A DNA stretch of 64,000 nt from Eledone cirrhosa. Its lineage: Eukaryota. The translations under genes were made by a program, and so were the position numbers. The DNA lies in NCBI GenBank assembly GCA_964016885.1, contig OZ024743.1, positions 171,058,001-171,122,000 of the forward strand, given 5' to 3'. The notes under the pieces are model-generated. The model saw nothing but the letters and a program-made list of their open reading frames with translations, did not search any database and was not told the DNA's origin. Shown here piece by piece: positions 40,062 through 53,649 of this stretch; within the stretch, counting starts at the first letter, position 1; every line of letters starts with the position of its first letter.

Positions 40062-40792
40062 TAATAATTCTAAGGACATGATTTATGATATATTGCTCTG
40101 ATTATTTAATTTATTAATTCTTCATAGAGCCAAAAAGTGACCGGTTGCAGCATATATGTCTATAACTTTATGTATATGTAAACCTTTATATTTAATAATC
40201 TCCCGTTAGGTTGAGATACAATTTGGCGATATTTGGCTGCGCTTTCTAGCAACAAGCCTACCCGCCGTAAGCAACCAATCACATTCTTTCTAGCTTGACC
40301 ACAGCCACATTGCGATTCTTAGCCATTTTTGAATCTAATTTTGGCGCGATCACGTTGGAAAACTAAATGTCTGATTTTGAGTTTGTCTCCTGATGAATCC
40401 TAACTCAAGACATTCCTATTAATTGGATGTCTAAAAATACGGATGAAACCATGGTAGAGATATAATTACGGTATGTACACATTTCTTCTAAGTTTAATTT
40501 TACACCTAATTGTGTATGGTTGATGGTATATTTAGTCAGTTTCTACATGCTGTCGAAATGTTGGATAAATACTCTATTGGGGCCACCGCGAAGAGGCCAC
40601 TTTCGGTTATTTGTCGGAAATTTCTTCATAAGAGCCTTTCTTCTTATAGCTTGGTCTAATTGATTTTTTATATGGTTAATTATGCTAATTGGGAGAGGAA
40701 ATGGTATATATTTTATCTAATAATTCTAAGGACATGATTTATGATATATTGCTCTGATTATTTAATTTATTAATTCTTCATAGAGCCAAAAA
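40062..40792 (+). mobile_element. ORF-less 656-bp unit with 75-bp direct terminal repeats and internal HHR
   Basis: 40062-40136 repeated at 40718-40792; interior homologous to 58510-58936. Confidence 0.82.
40384..40462 (+). ncRNA. Type I hammerhead with extended stem II and palindromic stem III
   Basis: UGUCUC-CUGAUGA-AUCC...GGAU-GAAA-CCAUGG-UA-GAGAUA; GUA triplet. Confidence 0.88.
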
Positions 40793-40804
40793 TATATATA
40801 AATG

Positions 40805-42118
40805 TATATATAATATAAGATCAAAAGATGGTTAAAGGAGTTCCATATATTTTATTATGCGCATTTCAAAAACAAACATCATCAAGCAATAATATTTGTG
40901 TTTTCATCAGATAAAACAGGAGAACATGATATGAAGGCTAAAAAACACTTGTTGATAGTGCAGTTTTAAATCAACATATGAAAAGTGGTTTTAGATTGAT
41001 GTGTGATATTGGGAAAAATATTTTATTTAGAGAGGGGGGGGGGAAGGATGAAAAGGGAAGGAGATGAGAGGGAGAGATGGGTGATAGAGAGAAAGAGATA
41101 GTTTTTATAACTGAGAGGAGATATATTTTTTTTACATAGAGGGGTTGAAAACCGTTGGAAGATACTGTATAAATTAAAAATTTTGAAAATTAACGAAGGG
41201 AGGATATGTGCGAGGAAAAAATATTTTATTTAGGGAGGGGGGGTGGAAAGGATGAAAAAAAGGGGGGAGGAGATGAGAGTGAAGGTGGAGAGGGAGAGAT
41301 GGGTGATAGAGAGAAAGAGATAGTTTTTATAACTGAGAAAAAGATATATTGTTTTAATATAGAGAGGTTGGGAACCGTTGGAAGATAATGTATAAATTAA
41401 AGGAATTTGAAAATTAACGAAGGGAAATTATGTATGAAGATAGAGAGAAAAAAATAATAATTGTGGGTGAATATTCTAACGTCAAAAGAAGAAATGTATG
41501 TATTGTGGCAATTTCAAAATTAGCGAAGAGAAAAATTGTTAAGGTTTGTGTGTAGAAGGATTTGAGAAAAATAATGTGAAGTTAAAGTTTGTATATTGAA
41601 TTGATATGTATTAATAATGAGTTCGTTGATGGGGAGAAAAAAATAATAATAAATTAAGGATGAAATTGAGATTAAAAAGATTTATGATAGAGAGAAAAAA
41701 TAATAATGATTGCGGATGAATATTCAAAATGTCAAAAACAAATGTTATTATTTTACGAGAAGATAGAATGAGGGTAATGAGTAAACGAGTATTATAGAGT
41801 GTATAATGCCCTTTAAAGTAAGGTAGATGGGTATATTTTAAAGAGGTGTATGTATATGTGCCTTTGAGAAAAGATTCTAAATTGATAAAGAATTGAATAT
41901 TAACTGTATACTTTGTGAAAAGTTCTATGGAATTTATGCAGGCAGATAGAAAACAAATCTGAGCGTCTATTTATTATAGAATCTAGGTTAGAGATAATGG
42001 TAAATTTTTCATTTAGGCAGAGATTACAGATTTTAGATAGAGAGCTGTTCAAGTATGAGGATGCAGAAAAAATCTTTTAAGGACCATATGAGTTCTGAGA
42101 GAGCAGTGTTAGTTCTTT
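40805..42118 (-). mobile_element. Naiad-type PLE 3' fragment (endonuclease C-terminus + 3' UTR/pLTR)
   Basis: Minus-strand reading RTNTALSELIWSLKD...ICNLCLNEK...INRRSDLFSICLHK at about 41915-42118; end region also copied at 22465-22608. Confidence 0.8.
40850..40916 (-). ncRNA. Type I hammerhead with palindromic stem III
   Basis: UUUUAU-CUGAUGA-AAAC-ACAAAUAUUAU/AUGAUGUUUGU-UUUU-GAAA-UGCGCA-UA-AUAAAA. Confidence 0.85.
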
Positions 42119-42385
42119 TAAAAAGAACACCTCAATACTAACGCTTCCTCATTTAAGAAACACCTAGTTAAATGCAAAAACACCGACAAAACCATAACAG
42201 TTAGGATAGAAACTAAGGAAAGAAACCTCGGCAATCTTAGAATTAAGGAAGCACTAATTATAGACAAAACACAACCACCAATCAATAATAGACTAGAACT
42301 CAACACCCAATTTATAACTTGCTAGAGCTTCTAGCCCCATATTTACACACACCCCACACACACGCACACACGCACGCACACATAA
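42119..42385 (+). mobile_element. Short 3' fragment of the PLE family at 42570-45360
   Basis: Reverse complement of about 43060-43320 (KEHLNTNASSF...ELNTQFIT). Confidence 0.88.
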
Positions 42386-42423
<38 letters not shown>

Positions 42424-42477
42424 GTATATTTATATATATGTATATATGTTTATATATATGTATATATATATGTATAA

Positions 42478-42527
<50 letters not shown>

Positions 42528-42687
42528 GGAGGAGGTTATAGTTCACTTGAAACATTGTGTAATGAGGTATAGACGTTTGTATATGTATAATAAAGCCAAA
42601 TCAATGCAGGTATGGACATAGAATAAAGAATGCAAATGCAAAAGATATTGTTGACAATTAGTCTTTTAGCTTAGATTTATTTAAATG

Positions 42688-42725
42688 TCCTTAATTTTCG
42701 AGATAATATCTCTTCTTCAGAGGGA
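42688..42725 (-). ncRNA. Very compact type I hammerhead candidate
   Basis: CCU-CUGAAGA-A-GAGA/UCUC-GAAA-AUU-A-AGG; stem III could form only as a dimer. Confidence 0.6.
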
Positions 42726-43117
42726 AATAAAGCTGTTAATCGAGTGTTCTAAATAGCTTGCCAAGTCATGCTGACAGGAAATGGTATAGAGTATCTGTTC
42801 TATCTCTAATGTCAAAGAGTTAAGATTAGGTGGATAAAGAGTAGTCTCCCTTTAAAAGGGTTTTTTTTTCGTACATGCCTGTTTAAGTGTGTGGGAGAAT
42901 GCATGAAGGTGTAAGTATGTGAGTGTGTGTGTGTGAGTGTGAGAAGATATGTCTATACGTAAATGTGGGGGATAGATGTTATCTCGTGTTAGAATTGGTT
43001 TTGTGTGTGTATGTGTGAGAGAGAATAAGTGGAGGTGTAAACGTGTGTGTGTGTGTGTGTGTGCGTGCGTGTGTGCGTGTGTGTGGGGTGTGTGTAAATA
43101 TGGGGCTAGATGCTCTA

Positions 43118-44835
43118 TCAAGTTATAAATTGGGTGTTGAGTTCTATGCTAGTATTGATTGGTGGTTGTGTTTTGTCTATAATTAGTGCTTCCTTAATTC
43201 TAAGATTGCCGAGGTTTCTTTCCTTAGTTTCTATCCTAACTGTTATGGTTTTGTCGGTGTTTTTGCATTTAACTAGGTGTTTCTTAAATGAGGAAGCGTT
43301 AGTATTGAGGTGTTCTTTTATTCTTATGTGGAGTGGTCTGGTGGTGCTACCTACGTAGAAGTTGTTGCATTTGTCACACTCTAGTCTGTATACGACGTAA
43401 GCCTGGTGGTATAGGTCTGTGTCGTTGATGGGGCAGTTGGCTAGTCTGCAGCAGTTGTCATGTCTGGTGGAGTGTCTTTTGGTTAGCTGTCCGCGTAGAG
43501 AAGGACCTGAGTGTGCCAGTTGGATATCTAGTCCCTCTCGTCTGATAGCTCTGCGGATGGCTGTTGTTGTTTCTTCACTGAAGTGTGGGAGCTTCAGGAA
43601 GCAAGTGTTAGTGCCTCGGGTGTGGTGTCCTCTGTTCTTTCTGGCACGGTTTGTGGTGGATGTCGTGTATCCGTTCAGTTTGAGTACTTCCAGGAAATGT
43701 GTGGTGTGTGTGTCTCGGTCTCTAGCGTCGGTGCATTTGTTCCGGATACGTGTTAGTTCGTTCCTTATGTATCCGAACTTAGCACTGGCTGGGAGGGCCG
43801 ATCTGAAATGTACGAACAGGTCCCTGCTGGCGGCTTTTTTATAGAAGCAGGTGTTGATGTTGCCTTCCTCTGTTACTCTGAGTTGGAAGTCCAGTAGGGA
43901 TAGGGATCCGCGGTCATTGGGGTGTTCCATGCTGAACTTTATACTGGCGTCCATGCTGGAGAATGTTGTGTATATTTTCTCTGCCTCCTCGCGGGATGAT
44001 GTAAGGATGAGTATGTCATCTACATATCGGGTGAAGAAGGTATGGGAATGGCAGGTGTTGAGGGCTCGGCATTCTAGCTAGTTCATGTAGGTGATGACCA
44101 GCAGTCCCGATAGGCTGGATCCCATGGGTCATCCTGTTGTCTGTCTGTATGTGTGGTGGTGGAAGGTGAAGTACGTGTTGTCTACTGTGAAGGACAAAAG
44201 CTGGTGTATGTCCGTCGGGTGGAGGCCGTAGCAGTCGATGTCCTCTGCGACCACGCAGTCCGTTGATAAATCGACAGCTGGATGAGCGGGGACTGTAGTG
44301 TAGAGGGAGACAACGTCGAGGCTAAAGCCGTATCTATTTAGTTTAAGATGTTCTGGCTGGAGTTGGTGTAGTCTACGTATAAGTTCGTCGGAGCTACTGA
44401 CATGCCCGGGAAAGGTGGAGAGTAGAGGCTTGAGGACCTGGGAGAGGAGCCAGGAAATTTTGTATAGGGGTCCTTCTATGCTAGAGACGATGGGTCTTAT
44501 TTGCGTCTTAGTACTATTCTTGTGGGTATTGATGAGGTGGTAGAAAGTGGGCAGTCTGCTATTTCTAGTGGTGTAGTTGAGCTTAACTTTATTTGGGAAT
44601 TGTCTTCTCCTACAGATATCGAACCAGATGGAGTTGGTCTGTTTTTCGATCTGGGCTGCAGTCATGTCCGGGATCTCTGTATATAATTCATTGTCGCTTA
44701 GGTGTTCAAAGGCTAGGTTGTTGTATGTGGCTTGAGAGATGACGCAAAACTCTTTACCTTTGTCGGATGGTAAGTATATAAGTTCCCTATTCCGTAGGTT
44801 CTTCAGGGCGAGTTGTTGTGTCCTGGAGAGGTTTG
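43118..44835 (-). pseudogene. PLE RT + GIY-YIG, interrupted by in-frame stops
   Basis: ORFs 44129-45025 (part) and 43118-43954 are in the same frame, separated by stops. Confidence 0.9.
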
Positions 44836-45518
44836 ACACTTGCTTCCTGAAGCTCCCACACTTCAGTGAAGAAACAACAACAGCCATCCGCAGAGCTATC
44901 AGACGAGAGGGACTAGATATCCAACTGGCACACTCAGGTCCTTCTCTACGCGGACAGCTAACCAAAAGACACTCCACCAGACATGACAACTGCTGCAGAC
45001 TAGCCAACTGCCCCATCAACGACACAGACCTATGCCACCAGGCTTACGTCGTATACAGACTAGAGTGTGACAAATGCAACAACTTCTACGTAGGTAGCAC
45101 CACCAGACCACTCCACATAAGAATAAAAGAACACCTCAATACTAACGCTTCCTCATTTAAGAAACACCTAGTTAAATGCAAAAACACCGACAAAACCATA
45201 ACAGTTAGGATAGAAAGAGATATTATCTCGAAAATTAAAGACATTTAAATAAATCTAAGGTAAAAGACTAATTGTCAACAATATCTTTTGCATTTGCATT
45301 CTTTATTCTATGTCCATACCTGCATTTATTTGGCTTTATTATACATATACAAACGTCTATATATATATATGTATATAACAAAGGCATTGTGGTAAGGAGC
45401 CAGATGGACCATAAACACACCAGAGTACTAAATACTTAGGGTAGTAGTGTGGGAAATAAAAAAATGTATGACCTCGACGGCAGAGCTCAAGCGGTTTCGA
45501 CGGCTATTTCTGGACTAA

Positions 45519-45566
<48 letters not shown>

Positions 45567-45668
45567 TCAGGTTATCAATAATGTAGTGATAATATATCGT
45601 TACGTTAGAGATGAACAGCGTACGTGCAGGTTTGCTCAACGAGTATAAATTATATTCCGGAGAAAATG

Positions 45669-47717
45669 TAGAAAGGATGAATATAAAATGAAAGTGCTTT
45701 TTTTAAAAAGGAATTTATTAGGTATTGACATATGTTTCTGTAACAGACGGAATACCTATGTATCGCTGCTTGCGTAATCATATAATGTTAGCAAGTATTC
45801 GATAGCAAATGTATAATAGGTTGTCACTTCTTCAGAGATTTTGGATAAATTGGATAAAATCAGAAAAATTGAAGTATTTATATTAGTAATAGAGGAAGAA
45901 AAAGAGGGGATAGTATATGACAGATGGTAAATTAATTTACTGCTAAACAAGTATATAATGGGTTTCTAATGAGAATACCATGAGTAAATCTAAATAAGAA
46001 TTTTGGGAGTGCCAATTTTAATCTCTACTTGACCAATTGGACAGTGGACAGGGCTGGTCATTTGGTGCAGTAGTATTAATTATAAAGTGTCAGTTGGGGA
46101 AGGGGGAGATTTCGATTGCTACTAAATAACATCCATGCTAGTAGCCAGCTGGTATATGCATTAGGGAATTGAATCAAGAAATCAGAAATCTCATTTTATC
46201 TATAGCAGTTTATATTAAAAAGTAAATAATAGAAGAGTTGATAGAATTAAGACTAATAAAGAATGTTAATATCTATTTTGACAATCAAACGGAGATAGAG
46301 ACAGGCGTTCAATCCTGGTAGTATTTATAATATGAAAATGTAGATTTTAAGCGATGGTTACAGTATAACGATCGCTCTATTCTGTTATTTAATAAAATGT
46401 TTTTGGATTTCATAATACAAAATAATTCAAATAATTCTACATTACATAATTTACAAAATTCCTGTCCATGGGATTAGGGGGGGGGGGGGCAGCCGCTATT
46501 ATATCCCATTTTAGGTGAAATTGTTGGTTATTTTCACGCAGCTGCCAACTAACATCACAAAACAACAAACAACATCCTATCCTACATAAGCAACCTCATC
46601 AACCCATCCATGGCAATACAACAACGCAAAATTATAATTGCAACTGTGTCCAACCAGGAATGTGTCCGTTGAACAATCAGTGTCTTGAACGCAACATCGT
46701 ATACAAATGTACTATCGAATCGGATAGACAGAAGTGGTACTATGTGGGATCTACGGCCACCTCCTTCAAATCATGCCTTTATAGACATCGTTACTCGATA
46801 AAACATGAAAACCAGCGTTATGTAACAACACTCGCAGACAAGGCTTGGCAGCTGCGTGAAAATAACCAACAATTTCACCTAAAATGGGATATAATAGCGG
46901 CTGCCCCCCCCCCCCCCCCCATAATCCCATGGACAGGAATTTTGTAAATTATGTAATGTAGAATTATTTTGTATTATGAAATCCAAAAACATTTTATTAA
47001 ATAACAGAATAGACCGATCGTTATACTGTAACCATCGCTTAAAATCTACATTTTCATATTATAAATACTACCAGGATTGAACGCCTGTCTCTATCTCCGT
47101 TTGATTGTCAAAATAGATATTAACATTCTTTATTAGTCTTAATTCTATCAACTCTTCTATTATTTACTTTTTAATATAAACTGCTATAGATAAAATGAGA
47201 TTTCTGATTTCTTGATTCAATTCCCTAATGCATATACCAGCTGGCTACTAGCATGGATGTTATTTAGTAGCAATCGAAATCTCTCCCTTCCCCAACTGAC
47301 ACTTTATAATTAATACTACTGCACCAAATGACCAGCCCTGTCCACTGTCCAATTGGTCAAGTAGAGATTAAAATTGGCACTCCCAAAATTCTTATTTAGA
47401 TTTACTCATGGTATTCTCATTAGAAACCCATTATATACTTGTTTAGCAGTAAATTAATTTACCATCTGTCATATACTATCCCCTCTTTTTCTTCCTCTAT
47501 TACTAATATAATACTTCAATTTTTCTGATTTTATCCAATTTATCCAAAATCTCTGAAGAAGTGACAACTGATTATACATTTGCTATCGAATACTTGCTAA
47601 CATTATATGATTACGCAAGCAGCGATACATAGGTATTCCGTCTGTTACAGAAACATATGTCAATACCTAATAAATTCCTTTTTAAAAAAAGCACTTTCAT
47701 TATATATTCATCCTTTC

Positions 47718-47719
<2 letters not shown>
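45669..47719 (+). mobile_element. Heavily 5'-truncated Naiad-type PLE with about 880-bp inverted repeats
   Basis: 45669-46548 is the reverse complement of 46845-47719; centre encodes CNCVQPGMCPLNNQCL..IVYKCT..YVGSTATSFK. Confidence 0.92.
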
Positions 47720-47754
<35 letters not shown>

Positions 47755-47766
47755 ATATATATATGT

Positions 47767-47836
<70 letters not shown>

Positions 47837-47848
47837 ATATATATATGT

Positions 47849-47905
<57 letters not shown>

Positions 47906-47909
<4 letters not shown>

Positions 47910-48419
47910 TAAACGGAATAGAAAATGCTGACAAATTGTTCACAGTGAAAAATAGTTTAATTAGGAATAAATGAGAATTAGTAATTGTATTGGTTAGTAA
48001 TCAGTTTTGGTTTTAAGTTTTACCGGTTGCGCATTTCTAAATGCTTTTCCAAAATAATTTTGAGATAGAGCGTCCGTGATGTTTGCTCTCATCTGATTAG
48101 TTTTGGGAATTCTACCTGATTTTATGTTAAAAAAGTGGCTCCAACGCTATTAAAATTGTTTTTTTGCGCCAATTCGTGTTGCAAAAATTCTTGTGGTCAA
48201 AACAATTTTGATTGGTCGGTAGAGGTCATGTGAATGTAAAAAATTGATTTTGCGCCAAGACTGAGAAATGACTCTTTCACAACAAATATGTGTGTGTGTG
48301 TGTGTAGTAGTAGTAAAGTGTTCGTTGTTGTTATAATGGTTAGCAGGGATGTGTGTACGAACAGCAGCCCGTTGACAGTTCAAATGCCTATTAAGACAAG
48401 TGTGTGTGTGTGTGTGTGT

Positions 48420-48498
<79 letters not shown>

Positions 48499-48747
48499 GC
48501 AGAGTAATTCGTGGTAGAGGGATGGTCAGTAGGAATGTGTCTGTAAGTGAGTGGGGGATATTTTAACATGTTAAAAGATATTTTTCAGCTCTTGTCTTAT
48601 AATGAGAAGTGTGTATGTGTGTGTGTGTGTGTGTGTGTAGCAGAGTAATTCGTGGTAGAGGGATGGTCAGTAGGAATGTGTCTGTAAGTGAGTGGAGGAT
48701 ATTTTAACATGTTAAAAGAAATTTTTCAGCTCTTGTCTTATACGGAG

Positions 48748-48816
<69 letters not shown>

Positions 48817-51736
48817 AGACACTTTGTATGTTAATGTACGCGTGTGTATGTGTGTGTGTGTATAAGACTCTTTGTATGTTAATGTACGCGTGTGTATGTG
48901 TGTGTGTGTATATATATATATGTGTGTGTGTGTGTGGGTGGACCAGTATTTTTTTCCTAGTAAAATGGTGTACATTATTCGATATTTTCAGCAAAATCGA
49001 TTCTCTCAATAGAACATCAAAAACCTTAACAATAAAAGGTGTGAAATTATATTCACTATATATATATATACATACATATATTCACTATACATATATATAT
49101 ATATATATTTTTGTGTTGCACCATAGAACATGTGTGTTTACGTATGTCATTGTGTTTATATGTTGGTATGTATGTTGTGGGTTCATCTTAGGGAGAAGTG
49201 TTTAGACGGGGTCCGTATTTTTTAATAAAGTAATATTCCTTGCTGATGCGCTGGGTGTGGGTGGCATTATATTTAAATTTGTAGAGGGGAAACATTCTGA
49301 AGTTGGGATGATTTTGGGCGGCACAGGTATCAATGTGTTCACTCAGTGGTATTTTCCTGTATTCCCGTATTTTAATTTGGGATCTATGGACAGTCATGCG
49401 TTGGCGGGGGATGTTTTTGGTCTGGCCTATGTATTGTTCTCGACAACCTGAGCAAGTTAATACATATATTAGATTTTCCGATGTACATGTGAAATTGTGT
49501 TTTACTATAAAACGTTGCCCTTTTTTGAAATAGAATTCCGAACCCTCTATTAGGTTGATGCAAATGCCACAGTTGGGTCTATCGCATTTTTTTACTGTGG
49601 GTTTCGTTGTTGTGGTTGGTGGTACTTTGCATGTGTTAGGATGTTTTTCATTGACTTAGATTGTCTTTTGCTCTTTATGATATCGTGTGTGCGTAGGATT
49701 TGGTTCATTCTATGGTCCTTTTTCAACACAGGGATGTTCTGGAGGATGGTGTCAAAGGCCTCATTGTTGAAGGGGTGTGTGTGGAGATGTATGAAAGAGC
49801 TTTTAGTTTCGGTTGATTTACTTTAGGGTGTCTAAGGTCCTGGGTACTGAGTTTTAGGGCACGTTGGATTCCATTGTCAATTAGTGATGCAGGGTAGTCC
49901 CTGCCTATAAGTGCGTCCTTTAGTTCTTGTAGCCGTAAGTAGCAGGTGTTTTTATTGGAGACTATAGTACAGATTCTCTTGGCTAAGTTGTAGGGAATAT
50001 TAATTTTAACGTGTCTAGGGTGGCAAGAGTTGAAAGGAAGATATTGTTTGGAGTCTGTGGGCTTGTAGTATATGTCTGTTTCTATTTTTTGTTATGGATC
50101 TTAAAGAGGATGTCGAGGAAGGGGAGTTGTTGATGGCTGTATTCCATCGTGAAGTTAATATTCGTGTTGAGCCCATTTATAAGGGTGTGAAATTTTAAAG
50201 TTTTTCGATGTTTTCGTGCCAAAGGATGAAGCAGTCATCTAGATATCGCTTCCAGTTCCTTTCTATGTGTAAGTGGAGAGTGTTTCCAAATTTGTTTAGG
50301 ACTTTAGTGTAGAGGGTGATTTCCAGGTATCCCATGACTAGGTTGGCATAAGTGGGGGCTGTTTTCGTTCCCATAGCGGTCCCAGATTTCTGCCTGTACG
50401 GTTTGTTATTGAAAACGAAGTAATTGTTCTCCAAGATAAATTTGAGTCCCTCTATCACGAATTCTTTTTTGATGCGTTGTGGGAGTTCATTGTGGAAATT
50501 ATCCAGCCAGAATTGGATAGCTTCTATTCCTAGGTTGTGGGGGTTGTTGGAGTATAGGTTGACTATACCGAACGTCACTAGTAGGGTTTGTTCAGAAAGT
50601 GGCATATTAGGGAGGTGATTGAGCATATCTAGGTCGTCCCTTATATAGCTTTTGATGTGTTTGAGAAAGGGCTTGAGAAGGGTATCAATGAAGTTGCTAA
50701 GGCGGTGGGTTTCGCAAGCGGGGCCTGCTATTATAGGTCTTAATTTGAGATCATTGGGTGAGGGGACATTGATGACTATGTCTGTGGCTTCCTTGCATGC
50801 CTTACTTATTAATTCGCTTTTATGTACTTTAGGGATACCGTAGAAAAGGCTGGATTTACTTGTGAAGTATGTGATGAAGCTGAATTCCTTGTTAGTGAGT
50901 CCTTCTTTGTATTGGTTGATTAGAGTTTTTAGGTTTCTCATAATTTTCTGTTGATTGTAGTGTTCAGCCTTTTCGTAGTATGTTTCGTTTTCCAAAGTGG
51001 AGAGCGCTAAGTTGATATAGAATTCTGTCTCCATTAGGACTACTGAACTCCCTTTATCAGCCTCTTTAATTGTAATGGTTCTGTCGGTTTTTAATCTATT
51101 TAATTCTTCCCATTATTTCTTGTTGAGGTTTCGCTTGTGTTTTTGTCTGTGCAAGTGTTGGTAAGGGAAGTTTGTGATGTGTTCACAGAATTCGTCCAGG
51201 ATTTTATTTCTACCTTTTGATGGGGTGTAATTGCTTCTATTTCTGGCTAATGATTCATCCTCATTGTACTGGTCGAATAGTTGTTCACTGAGTCGTAACT
51301 TTCTACAGAAGTCTGTGATGTCTTCCTTCATTTCATAGTAGTTAGGACGTAGTGGGGTCGGTGTGAATTTAAGACCTTTGGAGAGTAAGTTGATAAGGTT
51401 GGGTGTTGGTTCTGAACTAGTAAGATTGATAATTTTTATTACTATCGGGTTCTCCCCCCTGTCTTGTGTTATTTTGTTTGCCTGTATCTGTGTGCTGTGT
51501 CTAAAAAATGGTTGGGGTAGAGGGGTTGTCTGCTGATGTTAAGTGGTCTCCTGTGTTTGTTATATTCCTTGTTGTTGTAAAATGTGGTTCGGGTTGGTGG
51601 TTGTAGATTGAATGGGGTGTTCCTGTACTGCGAGTATGGGTGTGTGTTTCTATGTGCCATGTTGTATTGTGGTGTTATAGGTGGCCTACGTTGTTGGTTG
51701 TATCGTGTGGAGTGGGTTTGTTGTGTATTGTGGAAG

Positions 51737-51740
<4 letters not shown>
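47906..51740 (-). mobile_element. Neptune-like PLE, long copy, frameshifted
   Basis: LLSKGLKF, KEADKG, RPIIAG, GTAMGTKTAPTYANL, RYLDD, CDRPNCGIC linker, LIYVLTC...YIGQT; (CA)n-rich 3' UTR; (TA)n on both sides. Confidence 0.9.
49188..51450 (-). pseudogene. PLE RT + GIY-YIG ORF, disrupted
   Basis: ORF pieces 51113-51331, 50195-51034 and 49188-49397; C-terminal pieces colinear with 60562-62076. Confidence 0.9.
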
Positions 51741-51788
<48 letters not shown>

Positions 51789-52580
51789 TATTAAAAAAAT
51801 AATGAATAAAACAATGAAACAGTTCCTTATATTAAACAAAAAAAGTTCATTATTTAACGATCGTTTCTGGGATATATATGTGTTAGAATTGGCATGTATA
51901 TTTAACAGATCTATGTACAAAATTATACAAAATTATACAAACTATCAAAATTAAATATACATACCAACTCATATATATGCCGTCTTCAGAAATAATGAAA
52001 TATATTTATTGATAATAACAACAATTCAAAATTACAGGTCTGTTTGGGAACAGAGTTCAGATTGACCAATGGAAACACAAAAAGTTTATACAGTTAGGTG
52101 TGTGTATATATGTAAGTAACTTCGTTCACAGATATGCATAAAAATATATGTTCAATTGCATACGCATGCCGAAAAGATGTATGTAAATACAAAAATTCAG
52201 GGCTAATGTCTCTGTATGTTTATAATCTACAGATAAAATACATATACGCATATAAACATATAAATATAAAAATAAATATATACACATTCATATACTCACA
52301 CATATACATACATTCACACACACACGCGCATATACGCATGAACATACACACAACCACGAACATACATACACACACACACTCACACACACATATATGTGTA
52401 CATACCATATGGACATTAATGCGCGCACATAAACACTGCCACACATACTTAGATCCAGATACAGAAAGTAGGTGGGGGGGAAGGGGGGGTCAGTATTTAC
52501 TGGTGTCAGCAAACTGCCTATTTATAAATGTATCTATAAATTTAGAAATAAAAAGAAAAAGAAAAAAGAAAAATATTAAG

Positions 52581-52619
<39 letters not shown>

Positions 52620-52645
52620 AAGTAAAATATAAAATATACATCGAT

Positions 52646-52688
<43 letters not shown>

Positions 52689-52893
52689 TATATACCTACA
52701 TATACATACACATATACATAAACACATACATACACATACATATACATGCACACACCATATATATACACATACACATACACACACGCGCATACATATAGAA
52801 ACACATACATATACACATATAAATACATAGACATATACATATATACACACATATATATATATATACACACATACATATATACATACATTCACA

Positions 52894-52935
<42 letters not shown>

Positions 52936-52979
52936 ATAAATACACTCATGTATATACACATATACACATACATACCCAC

Positions 52980-53011
<32 letters not shown>

Positions 53012-53072
53012 ACACACACATGTACACATACACATATACACAAAGATATATATATATACACACACGCATATA

Positions 53073-53129
<57 letters not shown>

Positions 53130-53417
53130 TATACATACATACATATATATACTCATACATAGACATACATATATACACACACACACATACACACATACAT
53201 ATACGCATATATACACATACATACACATCCATGTATGCGTATACACATACAAACACAACCACACGCTCACACAACTCAGACATACATAAATAAAGGGATA
53301 TACATACACATATATACATATATAAATAGAGATATACACATACACACATATACACATAGACGTATACATGCGCATACATATACATACACACATATACCCA
53401 CATAAATACATAGATAC

Positions 53418-53486
<69 letters not shown>

Positions 53487-53649
53487 CAATCATACACCCT
53501 TATTTACATGCGCACATATGTATTTTTATACTCACATACAAACACCCAAACATACATACCTACCTACATATACATACATACATCCACGCTTACAAATACA
53601 AATAATAATAGGGGGGGGAGGGGATTATAGTAAATATAGGTTTCAAGAA

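Larger units (their letters stand above)
42570..45360 (-). mobile_element. PLE of a second lineage, 5'-truncated, with inverted two-part upstream duplication
   Basis: Minus strand PSDKG, RPIVS, SLDVVSLYT, YVDD, LSLLDF, VVYRLECDKC...YVGSTTRPLHIRIKEH; 44836-45215 and 45215-45360 are inverted copies of endonuclease and pLTR parts. Confidence 0.9.

Noticed and set aside
47545-47605. CTGAAGA motif in the 3' repeat (mirrored near 45790-45835)
   Set aside because: The GAAA position reads GAAT and stem I does not pair; at most a dead relic.
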